From the NCBI GenBank assembly GCA_964016885.1, contig OZ024743.1, positions 361,336,001 through 361,400,000 on the forward strand: 64,000 bases of DNA, given 5' to 3'. A program made the translations under genes and the position numbers. The notes beneath the pieces were generated by a model. It was not told where the DNA came from. It saw only the letters and a program-made list of their open reading frames with translations, and ran no database searches. Positions 12,239-25,703 of this stretch are shown here, piece by piece. The DNA is from Eledone cirrhosa (lineage: Eukaryota). Numbering within the stretch: position 1 is the stretch's first letter; every line of letters begins with the position of its first letter.

Positions 12239-12592
12239 ATTAACATTTAACATTTAATATTCTACCATACTATTTCATTATAATATCATTATAATTTTAA
12301 AGGAATGTAAATAAAACGAGTAAATCAGACAAAGTTGGAATTCCTTTTATTAATATAATCTTCTATACACAATCATACATACCCGTGTATATTTATTTAT
12401 ATATATATAGATCAGAGCAAACATCACGGACGCTCTATCTCAAAATTATTTTTGAAAACCATTAGAAATGCGTAACAGGTAAAACTTAAAACCAAAACTT
12501 AATACTAACCAATACTATTACTAATTATCATTTATTCCTAATTAAACTATTTTTCACTGTGAACAATTCGTCAGCATTTTCTATTCCGTTTA

Positions 12593-12655
<63 letters not shown>

Positions 12656-12658
<3 letters not shown>

Positions 12659-12849
12659 AAAAAGTAGGACCCCGACGGCTGAGCTCAAACCGTTTCGACG
12701 GCTAATTCTGGACGTCCAAAATTAGCTGTCGAAGCGGCTTGAGATCAGCCGTCGGGGTCCTACTTTTCCTATTACCCACACTACTACCCTAAGTATTGAG
12801 TACTTTGGTGCGTTATGGTCCATCTGGTTCCTTACCAAATTTCCTTCAT

Positions 12850-12850
<1 letters not shown>
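12656..12850 (+). mobile_element. Short fold-back pseudo-LTR-like element
   Basis: ~55-bp-arm hairpin centred on GGACGTCC plus a unique tail; relatives at 47005-47192, 43301-43359 and 21270-21360 (minus); all abut (TA)n. Confidence 0.75.
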
Positions 12851-12882
<32 letters not shown>

Positions 12883-12941
12883 GTGAGAGAACAACCCAAG
12901 ATTTCATAATTCAAATTCCTTTATTCATTTCTTCCAACGTT

Positions 12942-12994
<53 letters not shown>

Positions 12995-13293
12995 ATGTAT
13001 ATAGATATGCATATATATATACACACACACACACACAAGAGTGTGTGGGAGTGGGGCCTTATATGTGTGCGTGTGTGAGTGTATTGGTACACACCTGATA
13101 ATAGCCATTGTTAGCTTAAGTGAACCTTAAAAATCAGGAGTGGCACCCCCAGTTTAAACTTGTCTATAGAATTCTTTCAGTCTTTGTTACTATAAATATA
13201 GCTTTTAAAGAATTCCCTTTTCTTTAAACCAATGACCTCCACCCTCTTCTACCACGAGAAAAGATATAAATACCACCACATTACCGGGACAGT

Positions 13294-13331
13294 TGGCTTC
13301 CTGATGATTTCACCCGAATGAAACAGTTCTA
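13294..13331 (+). ncRNA. Hammerhead-like motif truncated by (TA)n
   Basis: GGCTTC-CTGATGA-tttcacccgaat-GAAA-CAGTTCTA; relatives on the minus strand at ~322-357 and ~54249-54290. Confidence 0.55.
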
Positions 13332-13393
13332 TATATATATATATATATGAGAAAACTTTTTCGCTCTACATGGCTGAATACAATAAATGTAAT

Positions 13394-13656
13394 ATGAGTT
13401 TTTCGAATATTAATAATAACATTCGATTCGTTTGCAATTATGCAAACAAGCCTCAATTGTATAGCCATGTCAAGTGAACAGTGAGTTGTACTGATGAAGG
13501 GTGATACCCAGAAACATTAGTGTATGTAGTTCTGTTCACATGCCAACACAAGAGCAAGAATGAAGGGTTCATTCTACTGACATGGCTATAAAATTGAGGC
13601 TTGTTTGCATAATTGCAAACGAATCGAATGTTATTATTAATATTCGAAAAACTCAG
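13394..13656. repeat. ~80-bp-arm inverted repeat enclosing the hammerhead
   Basis: TGAGTTTTTCGAATATTAAT...ATAGCCATGTCA at ~13395-13472 vs TGACATGGCTAT...ATATTCGAAAAACTCA at ~13577-13655. Confidence 0.9.
13474..13539 (+). ncRNA. Type-I hammerhead with extended stem I and a closed stem III
   Basis: GTGAACAG..GAGTTGTA-CTGATGA-aGGGT gat ACCCa-GAAA-CA ttag TG-TA-TGTAGTT-CTGTTCAC. Confidence 0.85.
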
Positions 13657-13662
13657 ATTACA

Positions 13663-13716
<54 letters not shown>

Positions 13717-13717
<1 letters not shown>

Positions 13718-13983
13718 AAATATAAGTATGTATACGTGCATACATATATGTATACAGACGTACAGTAGTATGTATATATATATACGTACATGTACACATA
13801 TATACATGTACGTATGGGTTTACCGAACATTTATTATAAACTTCGGTTTGTTTGTAAACAAACAGCGCGAATTACGCCGTACAGTGTTCGGCAACCATCG
13901 TAGCCCTTTTGTTCAACACTGACAAAGGAACAATGAACTAGTTTCAAGCTTATTAGCTATCGCCAGCATCGTATACCTTCCTG
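13717..13983 (-). repeat. Degenerate fragment of the ~430-bp hammerhead repeat
   Basis: Matches 42406-42672; hammerhead core mutated to CTGGCGA. Confidence 0.8.
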
Positions 13984-14390
13984 TAGAAAATAATAATTGT
14001 AATTATAAACAAAATATTCATAATAATAGGAATAATATAAATAAATCTAACTATAAAAATAAAAATAAAAATAAAAATAAAAATATAAATAAAAATACCA
14101 ATTTCGAGAATAAATCAGTAAAAAAAATTAGAACTAGATCTATTATTGGAATGCTCCACCAGCATCTTTAGCTATTAGAACACCTTTAGCACATTTATTT
14201 TTTAAAGCCTTGGATAAATGTTTCGCTAGAAAACATAAATATTACTCTATCTTCAATAAACACACGGTTAAACTCTCTTATTCAACAACTATGAATATGG
14301 CTCAAAATATTCCAAAAATAAATAGCAGTATTCTTAGTCCTAACCAACTTATAATTAGCGATAATGACAATAATAATAATAATAATAATA

Positions 14391-15060
14391 AGGGAATAAA
14401 ATGCACATGGTGGATATATATCGTTATGGAATCGCTCCCGTAAGTTTTTGATTTTTACTTATTTAAAACAACTGTGATAGAATAATTCTTATTACAAATG
14501 AAGTATAAGATTACAGTTTTGACCCTCAGCAGGCAACAAAGCATCACGTTACGGCATAGGGCCCCAATATTTAATATTTAATTTTGGATCAGAAATGTTA
14601 TAGCCGAAAAAGAGAAAATGGCTAAGTGGACAGACAGACAAATAATTTCACCACCAACACCACCACCGCCACCATCACCACTACCACGCCAAAAACTCTA
14701 GTCAAGTTACCTCAAATTTATTTCTACTTCAACTTCAACACCATCACTACAGTACTACGATCACATCACCGCCACCACTGCCTCACTATCGCTACCGCTG
14801 CTATTCTCTCCCACTACCTCCTGCTAAGTACTACTAGCATATCACCACCACCACCACTGCCTCATTATCTCTACCGCCGCTATTCTATTCCACTACCTCC
14901 TGCTAAGACAGGCATCATAGTACTCCCACTAAATGTGGAAGGCATCACAAGATATAAATAGACTGATTTGATGATCCGGTCAAAAAATCAAAAAATCAAA
15001 TATGGAAATCAAAACACCACAGCAGCAACGAAAAATGTAAAGAAAAGAAAAAAGAAAAGA
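14391..15060 (+). repeat. Unclassified interspersed repeat (second copy at ~37339-38200)
   Basis: Shared GTTATGGAAT(C/T)GCTCCCGTAAGTTTTTGATTTTTA, GAAAATGGCTA, (CAC)-rich tract and A(G/A)..TATAAAT.GACTGA; both copies start after (AAT)n. Confidence 0.7.
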
Positions 15061-15301
15061 AAAACAAACAGACAGACAGACAAGCAAGAAAAACTAAGTC
15101 TGACATTCAAACATTACATTACAATGAAACTTATGCTTATTTTAGGGGTTTTTTACCTATTTGTTTGTTTGTTTATTTATGTTCGTCTACAGCGTGATAG
15201 TGCCACGCTAAAATCACCGAGGATGATCAAATCACCGGAGGTGATGAAATCACCGGTGGTTATCTAACCATACATTCACCAATCCTCGATAAGAGTGTTC
15301 A

Positions 15302-18300
15302 ATGTCGAACCTAAACAGTTTGAATAAGGGTGAAGTGGAGACTGGAATGTCATGTGACAGACTCTCACCCAGCAGGTGCTCCCTGGCTCAGCAGCAGGTA
15401 CCTGGCTGTCAACCAAATAATGCTGGTTTCGGAGGAAGAAGAAGGAAAGGGACCAGAACCAACTGGACGAAAGAATTGAATAGAACTGTTATGTAATGTT
15501 ACCTGAAGAGTGACCCCAAAGGAAAAAGGCTATAGGAAACGGATGCATAACATCTGGAACGAGATTTGTCTATTTAAATTAGATGAAGAAAAATTGGCCG
15601 GGCAGGGTCGGGTAATAAGAACTAATGGGTGGATAAGAGAGCTGGTACTGGAAGAACTGTGCAGAGGGATTAGGTTGGAAATGGAGAGTGGAGTATGCCA
15701 GGCAAATGTCCAGTGGGAAATGAAGGTGAATAGGTCGAGAGAACGGAGGAACCATCCGAACCAGACAATGATCTGAATACTGAAATAAATAATACCTGGA
15801 ACAAAGATACGGCCATTGAGGAGATGAATGCTGACGGGCTAGGACAAGATTTGGTTGATATCCTAAACTTATTGGTAGATGAAATGAACAATGATAGTGG
15901 GAAACCTATGAACCTAAGATTTGTAGACAGGAAAAAATTAAAAGAAACAACAGCTAAAGTAAACAAAGTCATCCCATACCTTGAGGCGAGGAGCCTTCAC
16001 CAGTGCAACAATATCCTCAAAGCAACAGCAAATGCGGTGAGGAAATTACTTGGCATAAAAGCGAGAGGAAACAACAAACAAGAAAGATCAGAACCTTGGT
16101 GGGAGAAACGACTGAATGGTCAAATCAGGGAAATGAGAAATGACATTGGAAAGCTTGAGTCCCTACTGAATCGGACACTAAAAAACATAGACACAAAAAT
16201 TAGACTGGAAATAAAGTACAAACCTAGGAGGAAAAGGCTAAATATTATCATAGAGTAACTGAAGCAACGCATTGTAGCAAAGAGTGCAAAAATTAAGCGA
16301 TACCAGAGCAGAGTCAGTCAGTATAGACAGAACCGCATGTTTGACAACCAGAAGATGTTGTTTGGACAGCTTGAAGGGAAAGAAAGAGACAACGACTTGA
16401 TCCCTGAGGCGGAACAAACTAAAACATTCTGGAGAGGAATATGGGGGCAGGATGTTAAACATAACGGTCAGGCAGTGTGGAGTGTGGATTGAGACAGTAC
16501 AAAAGGAGATTAGTGAACAGGCACACCAACAAACTGATTTGAGTATCACAGTTGAAACTCTCAAAGAGCAGGCCAAAAAACTAACCAACTGGAAATCACC
16601 AGGCCCAGATGGTGTGCAGGGGTATTGGATTAAAAATGTAACATCCCTCCACCCGAAACTGACAACCATGTTCAATGACTGCTTGATGTCAGATGAGGTA
16701 CCAGAGCGGTTGACAAAAGGTACCACAGTTCTGGTAATGAAAGACCGAATCAAGGGTAATGATGTTACCAACTATAGACCTATCACATGTCTGTCCGTAA
16801 TGTGGAAACTGTTGACAAGCATTGTATCTTAGGAAATCTACCATCACCTTCACACAAACGACGTGTTACTGGACGAACAGAAAGGATGCCGAAAGAAGTC
16901 CCGTGGTACAAAGGACCAGTTACTTATTGATAAGATGGTAATGAGGAATTGCAAGAGGAGACACACTGGTCTTGCCATGGGATGGATAGACTACAAAAAG
17001 GCATTTGACATGGTGCCTCATTCTTGGATCAGCAAAAGCCTAGAGATCTTCAAGGTGGCAGATAACATCAGACAGTTGTTAAGCAAAAGTATGAAGTCCG
17101 GGAAAACAGAGTTAACATCAGCTGGAGAATCCTTGGGAGGCGTGAAGATCAAGAGAGGTATCTTCCAGGGTGATAGTCTGTCCCCTCTGTTGTTTGTCCT
17201 TGCCCTGAAGCCCCTGACCATTATACTGCGAAAAGTGAGAGCAGGATACAAGTTGGGAAATGGAGGGCTTACCATCAATCACCTCCTCTTCATGGACGAT
17301 CTTAAGCTCTTCGGGAAGAGTGAGAAGGAGTTGGATGTGCTTGTTGACACTGTCCGTATTTTCAGCAATGATATATGTATAAAATTTGGTATTAGTAAGT
17401 GTGGAGTCCTTGTGATTAAGAGGGGTAAATTGAGCAGAAGCAACGGAATCCAGGTACCAACAGGTGAGATGATAAAGGAAATTGACACTGAAGAAGTATA
17501 CAAGTATTTAGGTATTCTGGAGGCTGATGACATCAAGAACAAAAAAATGAAGGAATTGATAAGATCTGAATACATTCGGAGAGTAAGGAGCGTATTAAAC
17601 TCACATCTGAACAGTAGGAATGCCATAAGTGCAGTAAATTCCCGAGCTGTGTCTATTATTAACTACAGTGCGGGAATTCTGAGATGGAATATTGCTGAAC
17701 AAAAAGAAATGGATAGGAAGACTAGGAAGCTATTGACTATCTACAACATGGTCCACAAGAGGAGTGATGTCGATAGACTCTACTTAAGGAGTTCTGAAGG
17801 TGGAAGAGGTCTTATCAGCATAGAGGACTGTGTTCAGATGGAGAAAAACAACTTACACAAATACGTGACTGATAGTAAGGAGCCAATGCTCAGAATTGTA
17901 CTGAAGGAGAGGACAATAGACCAGGGGATGTCCAAGGAGGAAATAACAACGAGGAGAAAGAGCAACCTTCATGAACAATCCCTTCATAGTACCTTCTTTG
18001 AGAAAACGGAATTCAGAGATCCACATACATGGAACTGGTTGAGAAGAGGAGACCTTAAAAAGGCTAATGAAGGAATGCTAATGGCTACGCAAGAGCAGGC
18101 CCTCAAAACGAAGTGGCTGAAACACCATATTTACAAGGAGGAGGCTAGCCCACTGTGCAGGATCTGTGGAGAGAGAGAGAGGAGACTGTGGCTCACATTG
18201 TATCCGAATGTAAACACCTAGCCCAGACTCACTATAAAGGCTGGAGACATGATGTGATGGGCAGGGTGATCCACTGGCACCTATGCAAAGTAAACAATTT

Positions 18301-18729
18301 ACCACATTCTGAGAAGTGGTATGAGCATAAGCCAGAGTCGGTGATAGAAAGCGATCAGGTAAAGGTACTATGGATTTTAGGATACAGACTGACAAGAAAC
18401 TGGAACACAATAGACCTGACCTGGTGGTTTGGGACAAGGAAGAAAGATCGTGCCTGATTGTGGGTGTGGCCTGCCCATTCGACACGAGAGTGCAAGAGAA
18501 GGAGAGGGAGAAAATTAACTGATACCAGGACTTAAAGTGGGAGGTAAAATGGATTTGGAACTGCCATGAATTGAAAGTGGTCCCGATTGTCATAGGCGCA
18601 CTAGGTACTATCTCAAAAAGTTTCCAGGGACGGTTAAAGAAAATTGGCCCCACCCCGCTGTTTGGAACACTTCAAAAGGCATGCTTGCTGGGAACAGCAA
18701 GAACTCTCCGATACGTCCTGAATATCTGA
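15302..18729 (+). pseudogene. R4/Dong-clade RLE LINE family A ORF (RT + CCHC + restriction-like endonuclease), with stops and frameshifts
   Basis: [101 protein letters not shown]; 3' UTR to ~18790 then AAT/AAC repeats. Confidence 0.93.
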
Positions 18730-20489
18730 GGCTGCAGGTAGTGGCCTGATATTCATTTCAACAAACTTAATCCTATAGTTATTGAGAATAACAATAACAA
18801 TAATTTAAGCACATATGGTAGAGCACCTACACATATTAATAATGATAATGCGAACAGTTTAGATTATAGAAATAGCATGAAATCAAACTGTAACTGTAGA
18901 AGGAAAACTGAATGCCCTTTGCTAAATAACTGCCTAGTTAAGAATTTAATACCATTAAAGCAAATAATAATATTACTTATAACTACATATGTGCAACTTC
19001 ATCGAACTTTAAACTGAGATTTTCCAATCATAAACATTCTTTTTCTAATCGGGAAAAAAGTGTTCTACTTCATAATCACAATTAATATGATCTTTAAAAG
19101 AGAAAAATATAAAATACTCAATCTCTTCGACTAAACTTCGAAACTGTGAAGCATATCGGAATAATTCCATCTCACCTAACTGCAATCTTTCCAATATAGA
19201 GACTCTATTAATCATTGCTAATTATGGTAATTTAATTAATTTAAAAAAGTGAATTATTTTCAAATTGCCTCCATAAATCTGCAAGAACATTTCAAGCATC
19301 ATATAAATTTAGGAAAAAACATTGACTGAGTGAGAAAAGATATTGACTCTTATTAATAATTCTTGTAATGCTACTAACATTGTTATTATTGTTATTATTG
19401 GTATTATGTATAATGTTCAACCTCACCTTAGGAAATGCATATCGGTTCTTTTATAGAGTAGGATAATCTCTTGATTGATTAAATACCTTTAGTTTGATTT
19501 TGAATCTTCTTTTTAAGTCTTGAATTTTCTAAATTTGAGATCTGTAATATCTTCAGGCTTTCAAACCGTTTAGTTAATTTAAACGTTTAGATACGTCGTA
19601 CGGAACTATTGTTTACATTTATCATGTATAAGTTTCGTTTTATCCAAATTGATTAATAATTTGTATTTAACTTGATCTATAGTATTGAATAGAGTAAGAT
19701 TTGGTTGAATCGAAATAATAATACTCACAAGAATAATTATAACTAATAATTAATCCTATATGTAATTGACAAATATTGATTTAAATAGTATTGTTTATAA
19801 TATTTATATTTCTAAACATTATATAAAATGCATATACAGATGCTAATATCAAGCATCATTGTTAGTTAATAATGTTTCTAACTTTGAATTTTATGACTAA
19901 ATTATTGAATGTATTTATTAATTTAACTATGCTCCGGATTATCATTGAACATATTTTATATTATTGTAAATTGTTTTAATTTTGATATAATATAATAGTA
20001 TAATTTCTATCAAATACAATAGATTAAAAATTTCACGGTATTTAATTGATCGGTTCTACCTAACTTAATATTTGAAAAAAAACGGTCACGCATCATGTCC
20101 CTCTTTTCTTGCTTTCTTTTCCTTATGCAATTATATATTCTACCATCTCTATCTCCCTCTCTTTGTTTTTATCTTCATCTCCTGATCTTTTCCCCATCTC
20201 TTCTATTTAGCTCTCTCGCTCTCTCATTTAGTTTTTTTCTGTAATACGGATATTTACATATTTAAATATTTAAATATTTAACATTTATGTACTTATGTGT
20301 ATATGGAGTTATTTATTTTATTTATGTATTTATTTATTTTTCTACACTTTCTCCTACTCACCCTCTCCATTATATTCAATTTGTCATGTTAGTACTTATA
20401 GTATATAAATATGGAATTTTGTAATTAATCACTGCCAAGACTGGAATTTAACCATCGGCACAGTTGAGGTATGCCATACATCAATTTAT

Positions 20490-20558
20490 ATATTTTATCT
20501 GATGAGGACGTACTGAAAAAACAGCACAGTACCTCTGAAATATATATAATAAAATATA
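20490..20558 (+). ncRNA. Type-I hammerhead in a PLE pseudo-LTR
   Basis: ATATTTTAT-CTGATGA-stem II (GTACTG...CAGTAC)-GAAA-tatata-TA-ATAAAATAT. Confidence 0.8.
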
Positions 20559-20697
20559 TTTTGATTACGTGAATGTCTATATGTATTAATATTTTGAATT
20601 AATATTAATAACTCCAGAAAACCTCACGGTTGAGTGCTTCTAATCTATTGTAAAACTATATTCATTGATTAATCAATGAACCTTGTTTAATTTTTGG

Positions 20698-20758
<61 letters not shown>

Positions 20759-21076
20759 TAACAGGTTAAAGTTTAAGCAAACAATCGCCGCTTTCCCCCT
20801 TAATGGGATCTTCTGAAACTAGAAAAAATCAATCTGTTAACGCAGAAGTAAATATTTCGAGAAACGTTGCAACCGAAGGAAGATAGGAAGACGATACTTT
20901 GGTTCGTGGAGACGTTCCCTAGTAATGAACGGGAAAAAACGAAGATAATACGTCATTATGTGGGACGAGAGAACAATTACACGCAAAGACAAAACCACGT
21001 TTATGGTAGAATGAAGTCATAGACTAAAATTCTATTTCGGAAGCCGAATGATTCTCGGCTTCAGAGTTAAGAACAA

Positions 21077-21210
21077 TTGCTTGGCACAAGGCCAGCAATT
21101 ATCCAGTGCATTACTAGTACTTTATTTTATTGACCCCGTAAGGATGAAAGGCAAAGTTAACCTCGGCGGGATTTGAACTCAGAATGGCAAGGGCGGTAAC
21201 TCTATGCGTA
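21077..21210 (-). mobile_element. Nin-domain SINE, partial
   Basis: Same core as 1157-1342. Confidence 0.85.
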
Positions 21211-21356
21211 AAAGTTAAAAATAATGTAAATAAACTACAGAGACTATTTAAATCATATATATATATATATAACGAAGGATGTATGGTAAGGAACCAGGTG
21301 GACCATAACGCACCAGAGTTCTCAATATTTAGGTTAGTAGAGTTGGTAATCATTTT

Positions 21357-21402
<46 letters not shown>

Positions 21403-21411
21403 TATATATAG

Positions 21412-21458
<47 letters not shown>

Positions 21459-21464
21459 TATACT

Positions 21465-22136
21465 TCGCTGGCTTGACGTATCTGGTCTTTAATGCGAAGA
21501 AATAGCGATGATGGCAGGAAGATCACTGATGACGGATAGTCCTGGTTTCTTAGTCACATTCGCAACAAAACACCACGTCATATTTCATTCCCATATTTTT
21601 CCCCTCGCTGTGGCCTGTCTTTTTCTATTCCCTTACTGCTATCCTTTTTCTCTGTCCCCCTTCTCTCTCCTTGTATCTCTTACCTTCATTCACCCACTCT
21701 CGGCTGGCCTCTTCCTTACACTTTCACTCACTCACTCTCTGCTACTCCCCCTCTCTCACTTCCTCCCATCTGAACTGTGTGAAATCCTTTTCTCGCTTAC
21801 ATTTCGCAGGGTTCAGACGCGTCCTTCTTCTTCTCGTCAATGATTTGCTAGAACTTAAGTTTACATGTATCACTGACTTGTTTTCTCATTTTCCTCTCTT
21901 TATGTTGCCTTACCATTTTTGTTTGGTTACATGTCTCTCTTTCTCCACTGAATTCTTTTCATCCCAATAACTTATTTTAGTTGTGGTTCGCCCTGGCTTG
22001 AGGTTACTGGTCTTTAATGGGAAGAAATACCGATGATGGCAAGATGATCACTGATGACGGATAGTCCGGGTTTCTTGCTCTATTTTTTAATTCATATGTA
22101 TCACATTCGCAACAACGCAGCACGCCATTTTTCATT

Positions 22137-22140
<4 letters not shown>
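21465..22140 (+). repeat. Diverged ~130-bp direct repeat (21465-21592 and 21990-22139) around a pyrimidine-rich spacer
   Basis: CTGGTCTTTAATG.GAAGAAATA.CGATGATGGCA.GA.GATCACTGATGACGGATAGTCC.GGTTTCTT in both copies; flanked by microsatellites. Confidence 0.75.
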
Positions 22141-22195
<55 letters not shown>

Positions 22196-22200
<5 letters not shown>

Positions 22201-22452
22201 GGAGGTGAGTTTTATTGTTATACAATAAAGCAATGATGATATCGGATAAGTAGTACTCTACAGTTTGTAGGACTGGAGTATAAATAATATAAGATCAAAA
22301 GATGGTTAAAAGAGTTCCATGTATTTTATTATGCGCATTTCAAAAACAAATATCATCATGAGATGACATTTGCGTTTTCGTCAGATAAAATAGGGATACA
22401 TGATATGAAGGTTAAAAAACACTTGTGAATAGTGGAGTTTTAAATCAATATA
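22196..22452 (-). mobile_element. Short non-autonomous hammerhead-bearing pseudo-LTR element (sibling at 57040-57313, plus strand)
   Basis: ~260 bp alignable to 57040-57313 in reverse; ends AATAAAACTCACCTCCTACA-(TA)n. Confidence 0.85.
22322..22392 (-). ncRNA. Type-I hammerhead ribozyme
   Basis: Reverse complement: TATTTTAT-CTGACGA-long stem II (GCAAATGTCATC tcat GATGATATTTGT)-GAAA-tgcgca-TA-ATAAAATA. Confidence 0.85.
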
Positions 22453-22681
22453 TATGTTAATTTAAAACTCCACTTTTCATAATTGAAAAGGAAAATATTA
22501 ATGTTTGGAGAGGAACATCCATATAGAGAAAGGATAGGTGACAACGGGGTCAATGCGTGAAATGTGGGGTTAGTTCCTTTTAATCTTTTTTTTTTCTAGT
22601 TCTTTAAGAAGAATGTTACGTGTGAGTGAAGTGTTTGAAAGAATTTGCCCTTGTATTTACACACGCGCGCATGCACGCACG

Positions 22682-22720
<39 letters not shown>

Positions 22721-22761
22721 ACACACACAGACACACATACAAACACACACGCACACATATA

Positions 22762-22906
<145 letters not shown>

Positions 22907-25590
22907 GCCATGTCGATTTCTATAGCAAAAAAATAATAATTTAATATTTCCTGGATCGTTATTCAGGGTGTGGCCGAATATTATTTTCCATTCATTTTAA
23001 TCATTTACGCTAGTATTTTCCATATTTTCAGTAACTACTTTTCTAACTATCTATTTATTTATCTATCCATATATCTAGGGGTCTCTCTGTGTATCCGTCT
23101 ATCTCTTTATTTTTTCTATTTATCACTCTATAAATCGATCTAGGTAACTATATATCTAACTGTATATCTGCCTCCATATATGTCATTCTGTCTCTCTATT
23201 ATATATCTATTTCTATCTATCTATTTCTAACTCCTACCGATCATAGTTTCACTATATTTATCTCTCTATATTTCCATATACCTATCTAAATACATATCTA
23301 CGCTCTTAGCTATCTGTCTGTTTATCCATTGCTATTACTATCTGTCTTTTGAACTCTCTACCTGACAGTATATCGACATGCATATCTGTTCGTCACTATA
23401 AATGTACAGAAAGGTGATGCACTGTTGTTAAACTGAACAATACATTAAATCTACCTTGTCAAATAGGAATTCCCCCTCCAAAAAACGTCTGTATTCTTAA
23501 TTTGACTGGTAATGCTTTACTTGTGGTGGGGCTGCAGCAGATGACACTTGAGGGACCATACACAACACTTAGTTGCTGCAAAGTGAACTATTTTATCACA
23601 TAGCCAAGCTTGTGCTTAAGCAGCTTGAGCAATATCGGGAAGACGAAGCTGTAGTAGGAAATTAAATGTTCTGTCAATCATCTGATAGCGAGAAAATGAA
23701 TCAATGAATTAAACACGTTATATCAGAATCGAAAACATCTAGATGTTGAAAATCAGATTTATTAATTGTAGGTTTAAAGATATTTTTGCAAAATATATCG
23801 AGTGGAGAAAGTTACATAAGTTCACCTTTTTCCTTTCAACTGAGTGAACTTCAGATTCTTGAGCAATATACCTTTTAATTTAAAACTACTGTAGAGAAAT
23901 ATTTCAAAGCTATATAGCATAACGCTTTGATGTATGTGCACTAAAACACCAAATGTGGGGCCACGCAGCCACACAATTTTACAGATAATGTTGTCTAAGG
24001 TTGACTATATCTAACCTAACAAATACGAACCACTATGCCTGACACTGAAACATAAAATTTAAAACAAGATACGTTATATCTTTTATGGCTTGTTTCACCG
24101 AGAATATAAATTGGCATATATAAATATCCAGTAATAAAAATATTTAATAATGAGTTTCATTTTAGCACTGCAGGAATAAATAAATATATGTTAGAATCAA
24201 ACTCAAAATAGAAATAAATATGTTCAAATATGTTGTGTTTGAATGAGAAAATTGGGAAACGTTAAATTTTAATAATGAACGCTTGGCTGGCTCACTTGTC
24301 GACCTGCTACATGTTGGTTCTTTATACATAAATATGTTTTCCCCTTTGAAATATTAGCAATAGGGTAATGTGGAGAAGGTAGAAATTAACTGGTAAATGC
24401 CATTAAGATATTTGCTTCATTCTTTTTATTTCGTTTACTTTTTTTGTAGTTTTACAGTGATAAAGAGCTATTTAACAAATGCAATAGAATTTATATGAGC
24501 TGACCCAGAAAATTGGAAATAACTCTCTATAATATTTACTGTACACTGATATAGCATTTAACCATCATAAATTTAGCTACATACCAAATAATTTCATTTC
24601 ATGTCGAAGGCGAATAAGAACACATTGAATTAATGGATATAGTTTAATTATATAAAAAACAGTTATATATTATCTTGTTTCTGGACACTTGAAATATGAC
24701 AAAAACTGGCGAGAATGAGTATCGTTATAGTCGATTAAATCTATTGCAGTAATTGATAGACACTTTATTTTATCAACATCGGAATTATGAATAAAAACGT
24801 TTTGACGTCGTTGGTATTAAAATTCAAAATCTAAATCGTCGTATGTAAAGAAATAATGCATTTTCCAGACGCCATTAGTCCTGTTGCATAGTCCCCATTG
24901 TTCTCTGATTTAAGGCAATCCGGTGTTGAACAATGATAATTCTACTCTGCACAGCACACCCATGTTGTCATAATCAAATATGTTTTCCTTTTCTGTGAGG
25001 TAGAGGGTCATTTCAGAGGATTTGGCTGCTATTTTCTGCCAGCCAAATTACTGCGTAGATACTTCTTCGTTAGAGATATGAGTAACAGTAATTTATAACA
25101 TTTGACCCAGGTCACAACATTTAATAAAGGGTTTGTAAGATTTATAGAGGATCATATAACTCCAGTACTCGATTCTGCCACAGCAACGATTTAAGGTAAA
25201 ATCTGCTGCAGCCAGATTTGCAACCATTTGGTAAAAGAACGCAAGTGTAGACTTGGACATTTGTTTGTTTTTCTAGTCTTTTGATGGTTCACTACCTCTT
25301 TGTGTTGTAAGTTGCAACAATACATACAGAAACAACATTGATAATCTCAGTAAATAATATTATTTTGTACAATATATAGAAATGCATTATCCAATGTATC
25401 ATTGGTTAGAAATAATTATACGGAGAGATTAAAAGGCCGTTTCTCACTGAAAGGGGGGCTGCGTACAATTTCCCTTATTGGTTATCGAAAGGCAAAAATT
25501 AACATCGGCAGGATTTGGTCTCGGAACATAGAGAAATGTAAGTGTTTGAGTAACTATAACATTAAATTCCTTTATTATATCAATAATATA

Positions 25591-25703
25591 GAGTTACGGC
25601 CCTTGCCGAGGTTAACTTTGCCTTTCATCCTTACGGGGTCGATAAAATAAAGTAGCAGTAATGCATTGGGTAATTGCTGGCCTTGTGCCAAAAGTAGAAA
25701 CAA
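25591..25703 (+). mobile_element. Nin-domain SINE, internally deleted/partial
   Basis: GCCGAGGTTAACTTTGCCTTTCATCCTTACGGGGTCGATAAAATAAAG...GGCCTTGTGCCAAAAGTAGAAACAATT. Confidence 0.85.

Larger units (their letters stand above)
14120..20700 (+). mobile_element. Degenerate 5'-truncated PLE (family-2-like), split by nested insertions at ~14391-18835
   Basis: 14120-14390 encodes ..LDKCFARKHKYYSIFNKHTVKLSYS; it resumes at ~18840 with CNCRRKTECPL..NCL...YI..TSSNFKLRFSNHKHSF; AT-rich 3' region with a hammerhead at ~20490. Confidence 0.8.

Noticed and set aside
22960-22990. Tc1/mariner-like end CAGGGTGTGGCC
   Set aside because: No matching second TIR found
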